64,000 bases of DNA from Candidatus Woesearchaeota archaeon (GCA_018653365.1 JABIAG010000001.1:192001-256000); one strand, 5' to 3'; counted from the first letter of the stretch, positions 1 to 10,330 are shown. Notes: generated by a model from the letters alone, not told the origin. A program made the numbers and translations.

Positions 1-429
1 AGAAATAGTTTTAGTACTAGTTAAAAGTTCTTGTTGTTTCAAATTAACAATGTTTTTGATTTTTTTAAGATCTTCAAAAGCTAACTTAAATTCTTCTGCT
101 CTAGCTTTAAGTTCTTGATCTTTTTTCTCTAAATTTCTAGCAGCTTTAATTTCCCTGGAGAATTCAACACTTTTAGTTTGTAAACCATCTAATTGATTTT
201 TTAGTACGTCTTTTTTTGATTCTAATGCATTCAATTCTTTTTCTTTAGTTCTTATACTCTGTTCTTTTTCTAAAATTTCTGAAGAGACCTGCGTGGGGGT
301 TGCTTTTATGATTTTTTCTTTATTTAGAAGTGCTTTTTCTTTTTTTTCTAATTCTGCTTTCTTTTTAAGAAGTTGAGCTGAAAGTTTGTCAATTTCTTTA
401 AGCTTTTGATCAACAGATTGCGATGCCAT
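1..429 (-). CDS. Coiled-coil hypothetical protein (partial, runs off window start)
   Basis: ATG at 429, MASQSCDQKLKEIDKLSAQLLKKKAELEKKE..., K/E-rich; not in ORF track. Confidence 0.7.
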   Translation of the reverse strand, partial: MASQSVDQKLKEIDKLSAQLLKKKAELEKKEKALLNKEKIIKATPTQVSSEILEKEQSIRTKEKELNALESKKDVLKNQLDGLQTKSVEFSREIKAARNLEKKDQELKARAEEFKLAFEDLKKIKNIVNLKQQELLTSTKTIS

Positions 430-522
430 CAAATAATTAAGTGTTATTCTCCTTTATTAACTTTTGGTTTTTTAAAGGTTCTAAAGAAAAGTTTTTAAGT
501 GTAAGAATAACTTAGATAGTTA

Positions 523-1200
523 ATGGTAAAAATAGTTTCAGTAAAAGAAGCATACAAACAATGGGCACATAGGTATGATAAAGACCTGCAGTATTTATTT
601 GAAAGTGAAGAAGAAAAAATATTGCCTTTGATTGGAAATGTAAAAGGAAAACAAGTATTAGATCTTGGTTGTGGTACTGGAAGGTATAGTGTTCTCTTAG
701 CTAAAAGAGGGGCAATTGTAACTGCAATTGATTTTTCTGAAGAAATGATTGAAGTAGCAAAGACTAGAGCTAAAAAAGAAGGAGTTAGAATAAACTTCAT
801 AGTTTTAGATATTAGAAAAAAATTACCTGTCTTGGAAAAGTTTGATTTAATATTATCCATGTTGGTTTTGAACCATTTTAAACATCCTAACCTGATTTTG
901 AACAAAGTAAACAAAGCACTTAAGTTGGGGGGAGAATACATTATCTCAACACCCCATGTAAATAAAGGAAAAACATTTGCACTGGTTCAAAGTTTAGGAT
1001 TAGATGCTAAAAAATATCAACAAACAAAAGAGGAGTATTTAGACTGGTTTAAAAAATCGAATTTTATTATTAAAACATATCTGGAAGTGAAGTTTTCTAA
1101 AAAGGCAGTGTTACATGCTGAAAAAGATGGAATTGATTTAAAACCTTATGCAAACAAACCCTTTCTTATGGTTTTTAAAATTAAGAAATTAAGCGTTTAA
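523..1200 (+). CDS. Class I SAM-dependent methyltransferase
   Basis: VLDLGCGTG motif I, IDFSEEM, FDLILSMLVLNH. Confidence 0.9.
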   Translation: MVKIVSVKEAYKQWAHRYDKDLQYLFESEEEKILPLIGNVKGKQVLDLGCGTGRYSVLLAKRGAIVTAIDFSEEMIEVAKTRAKKEGVRINFIVLDIRKKLPVLEKFDLILSMLVLNHFKHPNLILNKVNKALKLGGEYIISTPHVNKGKTFALVQSLGLDAKKYQQTKEEYLDWFKKSNFIIKTYLEVKFSKKAVLHAEKDGIDLKPYANKPFLMVFKIKKLSV

Positions 1201-1467
1201 TTGGTTGTAAAGTGTTTGTTGTTCAGCTTCTGTTGGAGGAGTTAAGCTGCCTCTAACCATCATATAACCTATAGCTAATAATTCAGGATTTAAAGGGGGC
1301 ACTTCCATATTGTCAACAAGTAATTTGCTCGCTTTTAATCCCTGACTTGTTTCAACCATTGCAATTCGGATCAAAGGAATTTTAGTGGGAAGGGGCTCTT
1401 GACTCATAAACATATCTACTAAATGGTCTATTACTTTTTCTTCATTAGTTCTTTCTCTTTCAGCCAT
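1189..1467 (-). CDS. Hypothetical protein
   Basis: 92-aa ORF with TATA-like CTTTAAATA about 25 nt upstream. Confidence 0.6.
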   Translation of the reverse strand: MAERERTNEEKVIDHLVDMFMSQEPLPTKIPLIRIAMVETSQGLKASKLLVDNMEVPPLNPELLAIGYMMVRGSLTPPTEAEQQTLYNQLNA

Positions 1468-1556
1468 ATGTTTTGGGAAGGGAGAATTATATTTAAAGGT
1501 TTAGTATGAAGATGTGGTTCGAAACTTTTATAAAGACATGCTTAGTTTTAGATAAA

Positions 1557-1724
1557 ATGGAAAGGAAATGCACATCATGTGGAAAAAGCTTAACAAATGA
1601 TTCATCTAGTACAATCTTTAATTGTCCAGGATGTGGAAAACAAGAAATTAATAGATGTAGTCATTGTAGAGAATTATCAGCAAAGTATAAATGTCCTGAA
1701 TGTGGATTTGAGGGACCTAACTAA
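1557..1724 (+). CDS. Zn-ribbon protein (DUF1610/HVO_2753-like)
   Basis: Four CxxC pairs ending CPECGFEGPN; usual position upstream of EF-1beta; start moved to ATG 1557. Confidence 0.9.
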   Translation: MERKCTSCGKSLTNDSSSTIFNCPGCGKQEINRCSHCRELSAKYKCPECGFEGPN

Positions 1725-1726
1725 AA

Positions 1727-2008
1727 ATGGCAAGAGTTATTATAACTTTTAAAATAATGCCTACTAGTCCTGAAGTAGATCTAGATGCTGTTGAAGCAGA
1801 AGTTAAAAAACTAATCTATGCCTTTGCAGAAGAAGAAGTTGAAACTAAAACTGAAATAGAACCTGTGGCATTTGGATTAAAAGCAATAAATTTACTATTC
1901 GTTTCTGATGAAGAAAAAGGAACAACCGAAGCTTTAGAACAACAAGTTACTGACTTGGAAGGTGTTAATTCTGTTGAAGTAACTGATGTAAGAAGAGTTA
2001 TTGGATAA
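1727..2008 (+). CDS. ef1b: Archaeal elongation factor 1-beta
   Basis: KIMPTSPEVDL...EPVAFGLKA signature. Confidence 0.95.
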   Translation: MARVIITFKIMPTSPEVDLDAVEAEVKKLIYAFAEEEVETKTEIEPVAFGLKAINLLFVSDEEKGTTEALEQQVTDLEGVNSVEVTDVRRVIG

Positions 2009-2051
2009 AAATTCTTTTAATAAATTAAAAAATAAAAGTTTATGACTAAGT

Positions 2052-2168
2052 TTAGATAACTCGAGTCATAACTCTTTGCTTTATACGCATGAAAATTTTA
2101 CCATTTCTAGTCTCGATTTGTTTCCAACGCATAACACCATTTTTAGCTTTCATATAGTTTATTTGCAT
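2052..2168 (-). CDS. Small basic protein (38 aa) downstream of cdc6
   Basis: G-rich SD-like run just upstream of ATG, directly after cdc6 stop; MQINYMKAKNGVMRWKQIETRNGKIFMRIKQRVMTRVI. Confidence 0.5.
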   Translation of the reverse strand: MQINYMKAKNGVMRWKQIETRNGKIFMRIKQRVMTRVI

Positions 2169-2182
2169 TTTATCTCCCCCCT

Positions 2183-3349
2183 TTAAATTGAATCCCGTAC
2201 TTTTTTCCTAATTTTGATCTTAATTGCACTATCCAAATTTAATGAAATTTTTCTTGACTTTTTCTTTAAGTTAGTAACCCAACCCACCTCAGAATGAATA
2301 AGATCTAACTCATTAAAGAAAATAACGAAAGTTCTAATTCTTCTTTCAGATAATGGTGTTGCTTTAAATGATTTACAAGCTTTAACATAATTCAGATAAA
2401 CTTCTGGTCCGGTAGTTTGAGCTTTACTCTTTAGTAATGTTAGATAAAGTATTTTTTGATGTTTAGTTAATCCAGTAAGAGTCTTAATTAAAGAATCCCT
2501 TTCTAAGTTCTTATCTGCCTCTTCAACAACTTCAAGAGTTAAGCGTTTCTTTCCTCTAGCTAATGAGATTTTTCCACAAGCATCTAAAAGTTCCAGGGCT
2601 TTTCTAGCATCCCCACCACGTTCAGATTCGATATCAGCAATTTTGCCTAATACCGCGCTAGAAACAACCTTTGGAAGATAAGCTTTGGCAGCTCTGTTCG
2701 CAAGTATAGCTTTTAGTTCTTGAGTTGTATAAGGAGAAAAAATAATCTTAATTCTTCCAAAAGAAGATTGGGTCCTGGGAGACAGGTAGTCGTAAACCCT
2801 TAGGTCATTAGAGATTACAATCGAGGACAGTTTGGAGGTTAGGTTGTTGTTGATTCTACTAAGCCGATATAATATGTCGTCACCCGATTCTTTTAAGACG
2901 TAATCTATCTCGTCCAGGACCACTAACACATTTGTGTTATTTTTTAATGAACTTCTAATCTCTGTCAATACTTTCTTGGTTGACCAACCCAGTTTGGGAA
3001 CCTCGGTGTTCGAAAGACGGGTCAGTATCTCTAGTAAAATTGAGTATTCTGTTCTGTTTTCAGAACAGTTAATGTATACTACTTTAATTTCAATATGTTT
3101 CTTTTTTGACTCTCTCTTGAGTTCATTACATATTTCTAATGTTAAAGCAGTTTTTCCAGTACCCGGTGTTCCATAAACGAACATTGAAGCAACTGGTGAA
3201 TTGAGTAGTATTGGTGCAAGCTCCATAATTAAATCATTACGTTCACTCACTCGTCCAACCAAGCCTTCTTTAGGTAATAAATCGTATAAAGCATCACGAT
3301 CTTTGTAAATACTTTTTTTTAATACCTTATCGAAAGTTAGTTTTCTCAC
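2183..3349 (-). CDS. cdc6: Orc1/Cdc6 replication initiator
   Basis: Walker A GTPGTGKT, Walker B VLDEID, GDARKAL, C-terminal winged helix. Confidence 0.92.
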   Translation of the reverse strand: MRKLTFDKVLKKSIYKDRDALYDLLPKEGLVGRVSERNDLIMELAPILLNSPVASMFVYGTPGTGKTALTLEICNELKRESKKKHIEIKVVYINCSENRTEYSILLEILTRLSNTEVPKLGWSTKKVLTEIRSSLKNNTNVLVVLDEIDYVLKESGDDILYRLSRINNNLTSKLSSIVISNDLRVYDYLSPRTQSSFGRIKIIFSPYTTQELKAILANRAAKAYLPKVVSSAVLGKIADIESERGGDARKALELLDACGKISLARGKKRLTLEVVEEADKNLERDSLIKTLTGLTKHQKILYLTLLKSKAQTTGPEVYLNYVKACKSFKATPLSERRIRTFVIFFNELDLIHSEVGWVTNLKKKSRKISLNLDSAIKIKIRKKVRDSI

Positions 3350-3550
3350 TGATTAACACCCCTATTTTTGAAGAATAATATAAGTACACCCCCCGATGCT
3401 ATCCTTCTAATTCTATTGAAGTATAGGTACTATATAAAGGTTTCCTTTTGTTCCGTTGCTTCCGTTATTTCCGATGCTACCTTTTCGTATACTGGGAGGG
3501 GTCTTATGGTGTAAAGTCTACGAATACTTTTAAAGCAATATTAGTTACTT
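3350..3550. other. Candidate replication origin / cdc6 regulatory region
   Basis: Three tandem 9-mers at 3451-3477, a related copy at 3391-3399, C/G strings at 3386-3394 and 3494-3502. Confidence 0.45.
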
Positions 3551-4057
3551 TTGGGTATGTTATACGATGTTTTGATGAATCGAGAGGGAGTAAATGCCCT
3601 TAAATCATTATCTTCTCAGAAAGTAGTTGATTTAAGCGAATTGGGAGCATCAAGAGGGGCAATTTTAGTTCTAGAACGAAACGAATTGGTACAGGTAGAT
3701 GAGGACTCCATAAGCATATCTCTGAAAGGAAAACAGGTAATTAAATTATTAGATGAACTGAAAGCATTAGTAGACGGTAAACGAAAAGATCGTGTTGCGT
3801 TATCCTTTAACCTTAATGAGGAAGAAAAAGGATTGCTATTGTTATTAGCTAAGAATAAATTTAGTTTAGAGATGGATAAATTAGTTAAATTATTGAAAAA
3901 AGAGAAAAGAACCCGGGCTTTTAAGGTGAATAAACTGGTGGGTGCACTGAAACAAATTAATTTGATCAAGATTGAGAAAGATAATGTTGTAATGACTGAG
4001 TTGGGTAAGAATACTATTAAAGACGATTTATTACGAGAGTTTAATTTAGAAGGTTAA
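3551..4057 (+). CDS. Putative tandem winged-helix protein
   Basis: Two wing-end motifs, ISISLKGK and VVMTELGK. Confidence 0.55.
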   Translation: MGMLYDVLMNREGVNALKSLSSQKVVDLSELGASRGAILVLERNELVQVDEDSISISLKGKQVIKLLDELKALVDGKRKDRVALSFNLNEEEKGLLLLLAKNKFSLEMDKLVKLLKKEKRTRAFKVNKLVGALKQINLIKIEKDNVVMTELGKNTIKDDLLREFNLEG

Positions 4058-5087
4058 CTAATTCTTCATAACTAATATTGCTTCTAATGCCTTTATCAGA
4101 GAAATGAGTTCTAGCGACCTTGAAGCCGGCTTTTTTTATTTTTTCTATTAGGGTTGTGAAGTTTGGTATTGTTAGCTTTTCTTTCTTGCAGATTGAATGA
4201 AGTTGGTAGAACCCTACTTGTTCTATCTTTGATTCTGCTTCTAATATAGTTAAGAATTGTTTGGTTTCTTTATCTTCACATTCTTTTAACATTGCCTTTA
4301 CTAACTTATGATTCCACAATTGTCCTGTCCATAATGGACCTGCATCGTTGAATGTGTCGTGTTGTTTAATTATGTTGTCACATTCATCTTTGGATTTTAA
4401 GCAAGTGAAGAAAACTCTCATGTAATGATCTTTAGAATAAGAAAATATGGGAGTAAGGGCTTTCTGATGTGAAACACCTATTAATTGTACTCTTCTAATT
4501 AGAATTCTTAATCCTATTTCATGCATGATTGCATTTCTGTTTGGGGTTGCCCAATACTTTCTTTTACAAGCTTTAGGATATGTTCCAGAAAGTGCACTAG
4601 TATCAGTAGCAGTAACAGCCAATATTCCCTCTCTAGCTAAACGTTTAATTGAAGCATCAAGAAAGGGAGTTGGCGGACCAAAGGGGTCAATATCAATGTA
4701 ATCAAAACCAGTACTGTTTAATAGAAATAAGTTGGCATCTTGGTTCTCTATATATACTAACCTTTTTTTTCGTAGTGCTTTGTGTTTAAGATTATTAAGT
4801 TTGAAGTTATCTTTGATTAATTTGATAGCTTCCGGAGAGTTATCATTGAATGAAATATTTTGTATTTTGTCTGCTTTTAATTCACGCATAAATCTTAGTC
4901 CACGTATTCCAGTACCCGAAAGTGGAAGTGCGATTTGCATTAAGTGCTTGTTGATACTGTTTAATAATAGTATAGATAGGTCTCTGTTAAGTTTCATAAC
5001 TTCATTATAAAATACTGGAAGATCTTTAGATACTTTTTCACTTTCATAAGTATATATAGATGTATTACCTTCTTTAATTGTTTTCAT
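4041..5087 (-). CDS. trm1: tRNA (guanine26-N2)-dimethyltransferase
   Basis: VFYNEVMKLNRD, SGTGIRGLR, DIDPFG, VTATD, GPLWTG. Confidence 0.93.
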   Translation of the reverse strand: MKTIKEGNTSIYTYESEKVSKDLPVFYNEVMKLNRDLSILLLNSINKHLMQIALPLSGTGIRGLRFMRELKADKIQNISFNDNSPEAIKLIKDNFKLNNLKHKALRKKRLVYIENQDANLFLLNSTGFDYIDIDPFGPPTPFLDASIKRLAREGILAVTATDTSALSGTYPKACKRKYWATPNRNAIMHEIGLRILIRRVQLIGVSHQKALTPIFSYSKDHYMRVFFTCLKSKDECDNIIKQHDTFNDAGPLWTGQLWNHKLVKAMLKECEDKETKQFLTILEAESKIEQVGFYQLHSICKKEKLTIPNFTTLIEKIKKAGFKVARTHFSDKGIRSNISYEELVNLLN

Positions 5088-5120
5088 ACTATTAGTTATT
5101 AAGAAAGCTATATAAAAGTT

Positions 5121-5687
5121 ATGAAGTTTCTCAATCTTATGAGTATAAATTGTAATTGGACATTGAATGATGCACTTGAACGAATAGAGTTTATAGATGG
5201 AAATTATGGGATTTGGATAGTTTCAGAAACCGAATCAGTAATTTCTGGAAGAGAACTTAGAGCTCCTAGCCTAAAAAAAAATGTGCTTGCAAGAGATGAT
5301 ATAATCACAAGATTGAGTGTTCATTTCAAGAAAGAGTTTGATAACCTATGGGGAGTTGTTGGCGCGTATTACGGACGACCTGTTGAAGAGTATGTTGGAG
5401 CAGATATCACTGCTTTTTTTAGCGAAGCAAATCGAAATGCATTAATGCATTCATCAACAAAAATGGTTCATCGTATGCATCTTTGGATTGGGGCAAAAAG
5501 TTTTGTATTCGGAATCGAACAAAAAGGAGAGGGCTTTGATGCATTGATGATAGATCGGACTAGAACTTATAATCGTTTTGGACACGGTTTTGACGAATTT
5601 AGAAGAATAGAAAGTCAAGTATTCTTTGATGATGCAAGAAATGCAAGAACAATCTTTATGGAGCAGTATCCTCCAATTAGGGATTAG
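5121..5687 (+). CDS. Hypothetical protein with GHKL/HATPase_c-like motifs
   Basis: SEANRNALMH (N box), EQKGEGFD (G1-like), GHGF (G2-like). Confidence 0.5.
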   Translation: MKFLNLMSINCNWTLNDALERIEFIDGNYGIWIVSETESVISGRELRAPSLKKNVLARDDIITRLSVHFKKEFDNLWGVVGAYYGRPVEEYVGADITAFFSEANRNALMHSSTKMVHRMHLWIGAKSFVFGIEQKGEGFDALMIDRTRTYNRFGHGFDEFRRIESQVFFDDARNARTIFMEQYPPIRD

Positions 5688-5720
5688 CTTTTTAAACCAT
5701 TTTTGACTTCTTTTATACAT

Positions 5721-6293
5721 ATGATAAGACGAGTAACATTAGACAGAAAACCAGAATTACAAAGAGGATACCGACTTCCTTTTGAGGGTGATGTTCAAAT
5801 TAGTCAGGGCAATAACGGGCCGTGGAGTCATTTTTCATTTCAGAATAATGGACGAAGAACACCAACAACATATGATTTCAGATTCTCAGTAGACTTCAAG
5901 GTTCCGCCTGGAACTCAGGTAATCGCAGCAAAAGATGGGATACAATGTGGATTTTATAACGCTCCTGAAGAGTGTTATGAAGGGGAGGACATAGAGGGGG
6001 GATGGGGAGTTAAAACAAATTTTGTATTCTTAAGACATGAAAATAATATGATGACTTGTTATTCCCATTTAAGTAGAGAGGGGTTTAGGTTTAGAGACGG
6101 AGAGTTTGTTAAACAGGGAGAGGTAATAGCAGAAACTGGAATGTCTGGATGGATAGGACCCACACCTCATTTACATTTTGGCGTATTTTCTTTATTAGTG
6201 GATTCAGTATACATGGCAACATTTCCAGTAAGTTTTGATAATTATCATGGAACTCTAGACCATGCAGAAGTATTCAGTGCGGCGTCCAATTAA
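5721..6293 (+). CDS. M23 family metallopeptidase
   Basis: [36 protein letters not shown]; ATG 5721 fits TATA spacing. Confidence 0.9.
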   Translation: MIRRVTLDRKPELQRGYRLPFEGDVQISQGNNGPWSHFSFQNNGRRTPTTYDFRFSVDFKVPPGTQVIAAKDGIQCGFYNAPEECYEGEDIEGGWGVKTNFVFLRHENNMMTCYSHLSREGFRFRDGEFVKQGEVIAETGMSGWIGPTPHLHFGVFSLLVDSVYMATFPVSFDNYHGTLDHAEVFSAASN

Positions 6294-6322
6294 TATCAGT
6301 TAGCTTTTTAAATCATGTTCTA

Positions 6323-8233
6323 TTGAGTATGGTTATGGCTAAAACAAGTGAACTAAAATTTAAATCTACTTCTGAAATCAAAGTACCTGATAAATTAATA
6401 GATCAAATTCTAGGCCAAGATGATGCTGTAAACATAATGAAAAAAGCAGCTAAACAAAGAAGACACGTACTATTAATTGGCGAGCCAGGAACAGGTAAAT
6501 CTTTGTTAGGAACAGCACTAGCCAATTTAATGCCTGAAGAAAATTTACAAGACGTATTAGCATTTGCAAACCCAAACGATGAAAATTCTCCACTAATAAG
6601 AGTGGTACCAAAAGGACAAGGAAGAGAACTAGTAAGCAAATCTAAAGTGGGAAACCAAAGTATGTTTAAATTCCAAAACGTACTATTAATAATACTATTA
6701 ATTTTTGTAATGGTTGGACCCTGGTGGGCATTTAATTATTATCTAAGTTTATCATCAACAGTATCCGCAATAATGTTTGTAGCATTTTTCGTTGGAGGAT
6801 TAATCTTCTTAGGAATGTTTATGATAATGATGAACCTTGGAAAGCGTGGTGGAATGTTTCAACAAAAAACAGGAACACCAAAAGTTATCGTAGACAATTT
6901 TGAAAAAAAGAACGCACCATTTTATGATGCAACCGGAGCACACGCGGGAGCATTACTAGGAGATGTATTACACGACCCACTACAATCAGGAGGGCTAGGA
7001 ACACCTGCAAACGAAAGAGTCATGGCAGGAATGATACACAAAGCACATCTTGGAGTATTATTTGTAGATGAAATAGCAACACTACAACCACACACACAAC
7101 AAGAACTACTAACTGCATTACAAGAGGGCAAATATGAAATAACCGGACAGTCAGAAAGGTCTGCAGGCGCAATGGTAAGAACCGAGGCAGTACCTTGTAA
7201 TTTCGTATTAGTTGCAGCAGGAAACGTAGAAACAGTAAAAAATCTACACCCTGCATTACGAAGTAGAATTAGAGGATACGGATATGAAATCTTCATGAAA
7301 GAAACCATGAAAGACACAACTGAAAATCAAAATAAACTCTACCAATTTATTGCACAAGAAGTAAAAAAAGACGGCAGAATTCCACACTTTTCAAAAGAAG
7401 CAGCAGATGAAATAATCAACGAAGCAAGGAAAAGAGCAAGTCGAAAAGGACATCTAACTCTACGATTAAGAGGATTGGGAGGGTTAATACGCGCTTCTGG
7501 AGACTTAGCAAAAGAAGAGGGTGCAAAACAAGTACAATTAGAACACATTCAAAAAGCAAGAAAAACAGCAAGATCACTAGAAACACAAATGGCAGATGTT
7601 TACATCGAAAGAAAAAAAGAGTATGAAGTAATAAAAACAACTGGCAAGGCAGTTGGACGAGTAAACGGACTTGCAGTAATGGGAAGTGGTGAAAGTTATT
7701 CTGGAATCATACTCCCAATTGAGGCCGAAGTAACTCCTGGTGGAAAAGAAAAAGAAATAATTGCAACAGGAAAACTTGGCGAAATAGCAAAAGAGGCAAT
7801 AAAAAATGTTTCAGCAATAGTCAAAAAATACTTCGGAGAAGACATACGAGAAAAATATGACGTATATGTCCAATTCTTACAAACTTACGAGGGCGTAGAG
7901 GGCGATTCAGCCTCAATTGCAGCAGCAACCGCAATGATCTCAGCACTCAAAAAGATACCTGTAAAACAAGATTTAGCAATGACTGGTTCATTATCAGTTC
8001 GAGGAGATGTTCTACCTATTGGGGGAGTTTCTTCTAAAATTGAGGCAATAATTGGAACAGGTATAAAAACAGTAATAGTACCAAAATCAAACCTTCAAGA
8101 CGTAGTTATAGACGAAACCAAGCTTAAAGGTATAAAGATAGTTGCAGTAGAGCGAATTGAAGAAGTTCTGAAAGAAGCACTAGTATGGAAAGGAAAAGAG
8201 AACATCTTAAAAAGGATTCTAGCCAAAAAGTAG
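6323..8233 (+). CDS. lonB: Archaeal membrane-anchored Lon protease (LonB)
   Basis: GEPGTGKS, two TM helices inside the AAA+ domain, LFVDEI, GDSAS catalytic Ser. Confidence 0.95.
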   Translation: MSMVMAKTSELKFKSTSEIKVPDKLIDQILGQDDAVNIMKKAAKQRRHVLLIGEPGTGKSLLGTALANLMPEENLQDVLAFANPNDENSPLIRVVPKGQGRELVSKSKVGNQSMFKFQNVLLIILLIFVMVGPWWAFNYYLSLSSTVSAIMFVAFFVGGLIFLGMFMIMMNLGKRGGMFQQKTGTPKVIVDNFEKKNAPFYDATGAHAGALLGDVLHDPLQSGGLGTPANERVMAGMIHKAHLGVLFVDEIATLQPHTQQELLTALQEGKYEITGQSERSAGAMVRTEAVPCNFVLVAAGNVETVKNLHPALRSRIRGYGYEIFMKETMKDTTENQNKLYQFIAQEVKKDGRIPHFSKEAADEIINEARKRASRKGHLTLRLRGLGGLIRASGDLAKEEGAKQVQLEHIQKARKTARSLETQMADVYIERKKEYEVIKTTGKAVGRVNGLAVMGSGESYSGIILPIEAEVTPGGKEKEIIATGKLGEIAKEAIKNVSAIVKKYFGEDIREKYDVYVQFLQTYEGVEGDSASIAAATAMISALKKIPVKQDLAMTGSLSVRGDVLPIGGVSSKIEAIIGTGIKTVIVPKSNLQDVVIDETKLKGIKIVAVERIEEVLKEALVWKGKENILKRILAKK

Positions 8234-8371
8234 TCTTTCCTCTTTAATAAACGGAAGCTTTATAAATGCTTTGCGATTTCCCAAAAAGATGAGCATAATA
8301 TTCTCTCTAGACACAAATACGCAATTTACAGAAGAAAACTAAGGTCTAGTGAGAGGACTAAAAAAATTTAT

Positions 8372-8462
8372 GCCCTGGTAGTGTAGTGGTTTATCATGAA
8401 GCCCTGTCGCGATCAAAAATCATAGAAAGGCTTCGACTCGGGTTCAACTCCCGGCCAGGGCG
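8372..8462 (+). tRNA. tRNA-Asp(GTC), 18-nt intron at 8410-8427
   Basis: Cloverleaf GCCCTGG/CCAGGGC; canonical BHB (CTGT/ATAG helix, two 3-nt bulges) at 37/38. Confidence 0.93.
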
Positions 8463-8464
8463 TT

Positions 8465-8570
8465 GGGCCGGTAGCTCAGCCTGGTAGAGCACTTCACTTT
8501 TAAACGAAAAGAGGAAAATCATTTCGTGTCAGAAATGAAGTGGTCGCGAGTTCAAATCTCGTCCGGCCCG
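8465..8570 (+). tRNA. tRNA-Lys(TTT), 32-nt intron at 8503-8534
   Basis: GGGCCGG/CCGGCCC acceptor, CTTCA/TGAAG anticodon stem, intron hairpin ACGAAA/TTTCGT. Confidence 0.92.
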
Positions 8571-8603
8571 CTAATGTTTACAAATACAAAAAAGGTTCCA
8601 AAG

Positions 8604-8846
8604 ATGGCAAAGAAAAAAATAAAAATTAACAAACACGCTCTGATCCCGGAGCACAAAAAGCTCTCTGAACCAGATAAAAAACAAATTCTAGAAAAATTAG
8701 GCATCACAATTAAAGAACTACCCCTTATCTTAGTGAGCGATCCAGCACTAGAGGGATTGAACGTAGATGTAAATGACGTAATCAAAATCGAAAGAACAAG
8801 TCCAACAGCAGGAAAAACAATATTTTATAGGTGCGTTGTAGAATGA
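8604..8846 (+). CDS. rpoH: RNA polymerase subunit H (Rpo5)
   Basis: HALIPEH, LPLILVSDPA, IERTSPTAG; real start 8604 (ORF-track start lies inside the tRNA). Confidence 0.96.
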   Translation: MAKKKIKINKHALIPEHKKLSEPDKKQILEKLGITIKELPLILVSDPALEGLNVDVNDVIKIERTSPTAGKTIFYRCVVE

Positions 8847-10330
8847 ATAAAACAAAACTATTACTCGAAAGATTTTTTGAAGAAAACTCTTTAGTAGCTT
8901 CAGATATTAATTCATTTAATCACTTTGTAGACATAGGAATACAAAAAGTAATAGATGAAAATAAAGAATTAGAACCCCCAATTCTACCTGCCAACATTGA
9001 CGATTTAAAAATAAGATTAGACAAAGTTTGGTTAACCAAACCTGAAGTAATAGAAGCTGACGGAAGTAAAAGAGAAATCCTACCAATCGAAGCTAGACTA
9101 AGAAAACTAACATATGCAGCACCAATAATGCTAAGTATATCTGCTCATATAAATGGCGTTCAAAGAGAAAGTTTCACAACACAAATTGCAAGCATGCCAG
9201 TAATGCTAAAAAGTAAAAAATGCTTTTTACATGGATTAAATAGAGACGAATTAATCGACAAAGGGGAAGACCCAGATGATCCGGGAGGATACTTTATCAT
9301 AAACGGAACAGAAAAAGTACTAATTTCAGTAGAAGACCTAATGCCAAACAATTTCTTAGTAGAACAAGAAGCAGTAAGTGGAAACTTTATCGGGAAAATA
9401 TTCTCAGAACATGGCGCATTCAAAATACCTCACACAATCACAAAGAAAAAAGACGGAATATTCTACATCTCATTTACAAGAGTAAAAGAGGTACCTCTAG
9501 TTGTATTACTAAAAGCACTAGGATTAATTAAAGACGAAGATATAGTAAAAGCAATATCCACTGACGAACAATTCGATGAAGTACTAGTAAACCTATATGA
9601 ATTCGTAAACATAAAAACCAAAGAAGATGCAATCGATTACGTTTCTAAAAAAGTAAACATCACACAACCAAAAATAGTTCGAATGGAAAGAACACGAGAA
9701 ATGTTAGACAGATACTTACTTCCACATATTGGAATAACTGAAGACTTCCAAATAGAAAAAGCATACAACCTATGTAAAGTTCTAAAAAAATACATTTATG
9801 TAGCACAAGGAAAACTACCAAAAGACGATAAAGATCATTATAAAAATAAAAAATTAAAATTAAGCGGCGAATTATTAATGGATCTTTTCAGAGCAAACTT
9901 AAGAATCCTAATTGGCGACATGTTATACAATTTCCAAAGAATTGTAAAACGAGGAAAAATGCCCTCAATAAGAGTAATCATAAGAGAAAAACTACTAACA
10001 TCAAGAATTTATAGTAGTATGGCAACAGGATCCTGGGTAGGCGGACGAAAAGGAATTTCACAAAGACTATCCAGAATAAACTTTTTAGACATGTTATCAC
10101 ACTTACAAAGAGTAGTATCCCCTCTTTCATCTTCACAAGAAAACTTCCAAGCAAGAGAACTACACCCAACACACCTAGGAAGATTATGTCCTGCTGAAAC
10201 ACCAGAAGGAACAAACATAGGATTAAGAAAAAACCTATCTTTATTATCACAAATTTCACAAGATGGAAACGAAGAAGAACTAGTTACACAATTAACTGCA
10301 CTAGGACTTAAAGGGGTGAAAAATGAGTGA
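8843..10330 (+). CDS. rpoB2: RNA polymerase subunit B'' (Rpo2N)
   Basis: GGYFIINGTE, CPAETPEG. Confidence 0.97.
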   Translation: MNKTKLLLERFFEENSLVASDINSFNHFVDIGIQKVIDENKELEPPILPANIDDLKIRLDKVWLTKPEVIEADGSKREILPIEARLRKLTYAAPIMLSISAHINGVQRESFTTQIASMPVMLKSKKCFLHGLNRDELIDKGEDPDDPGGYFIINGTEKVLISVEDLMPNNFLVEQEAVSGNFIGKIFSEHGAFKIPHTITKKKDGIFYISFTRVKEVPLVVLLKALGLIKDEDIVKAISTDEQFDEVLVNLYEFVNIKTKEDAIDYVSKKVNITQPKIVRMERTREMLDRYLLPHIGITEDFQIEKAYNLCKVLKKYIYVAQGKLPKDDKDHYKNKKLKLSGELLMDLFRANLRILIGDMLYNFQRIVKRGKMPSIRVIIREKLLTSRIYSSMATGSWVGGRKGISQRLSRINFLDMLSHLQRVVSPLSSSQENFQARELHPTHLGRLCPAETPEGTNIGLRKNLSLLSQISQDGNEEELVTQLTALGLKGVKNE

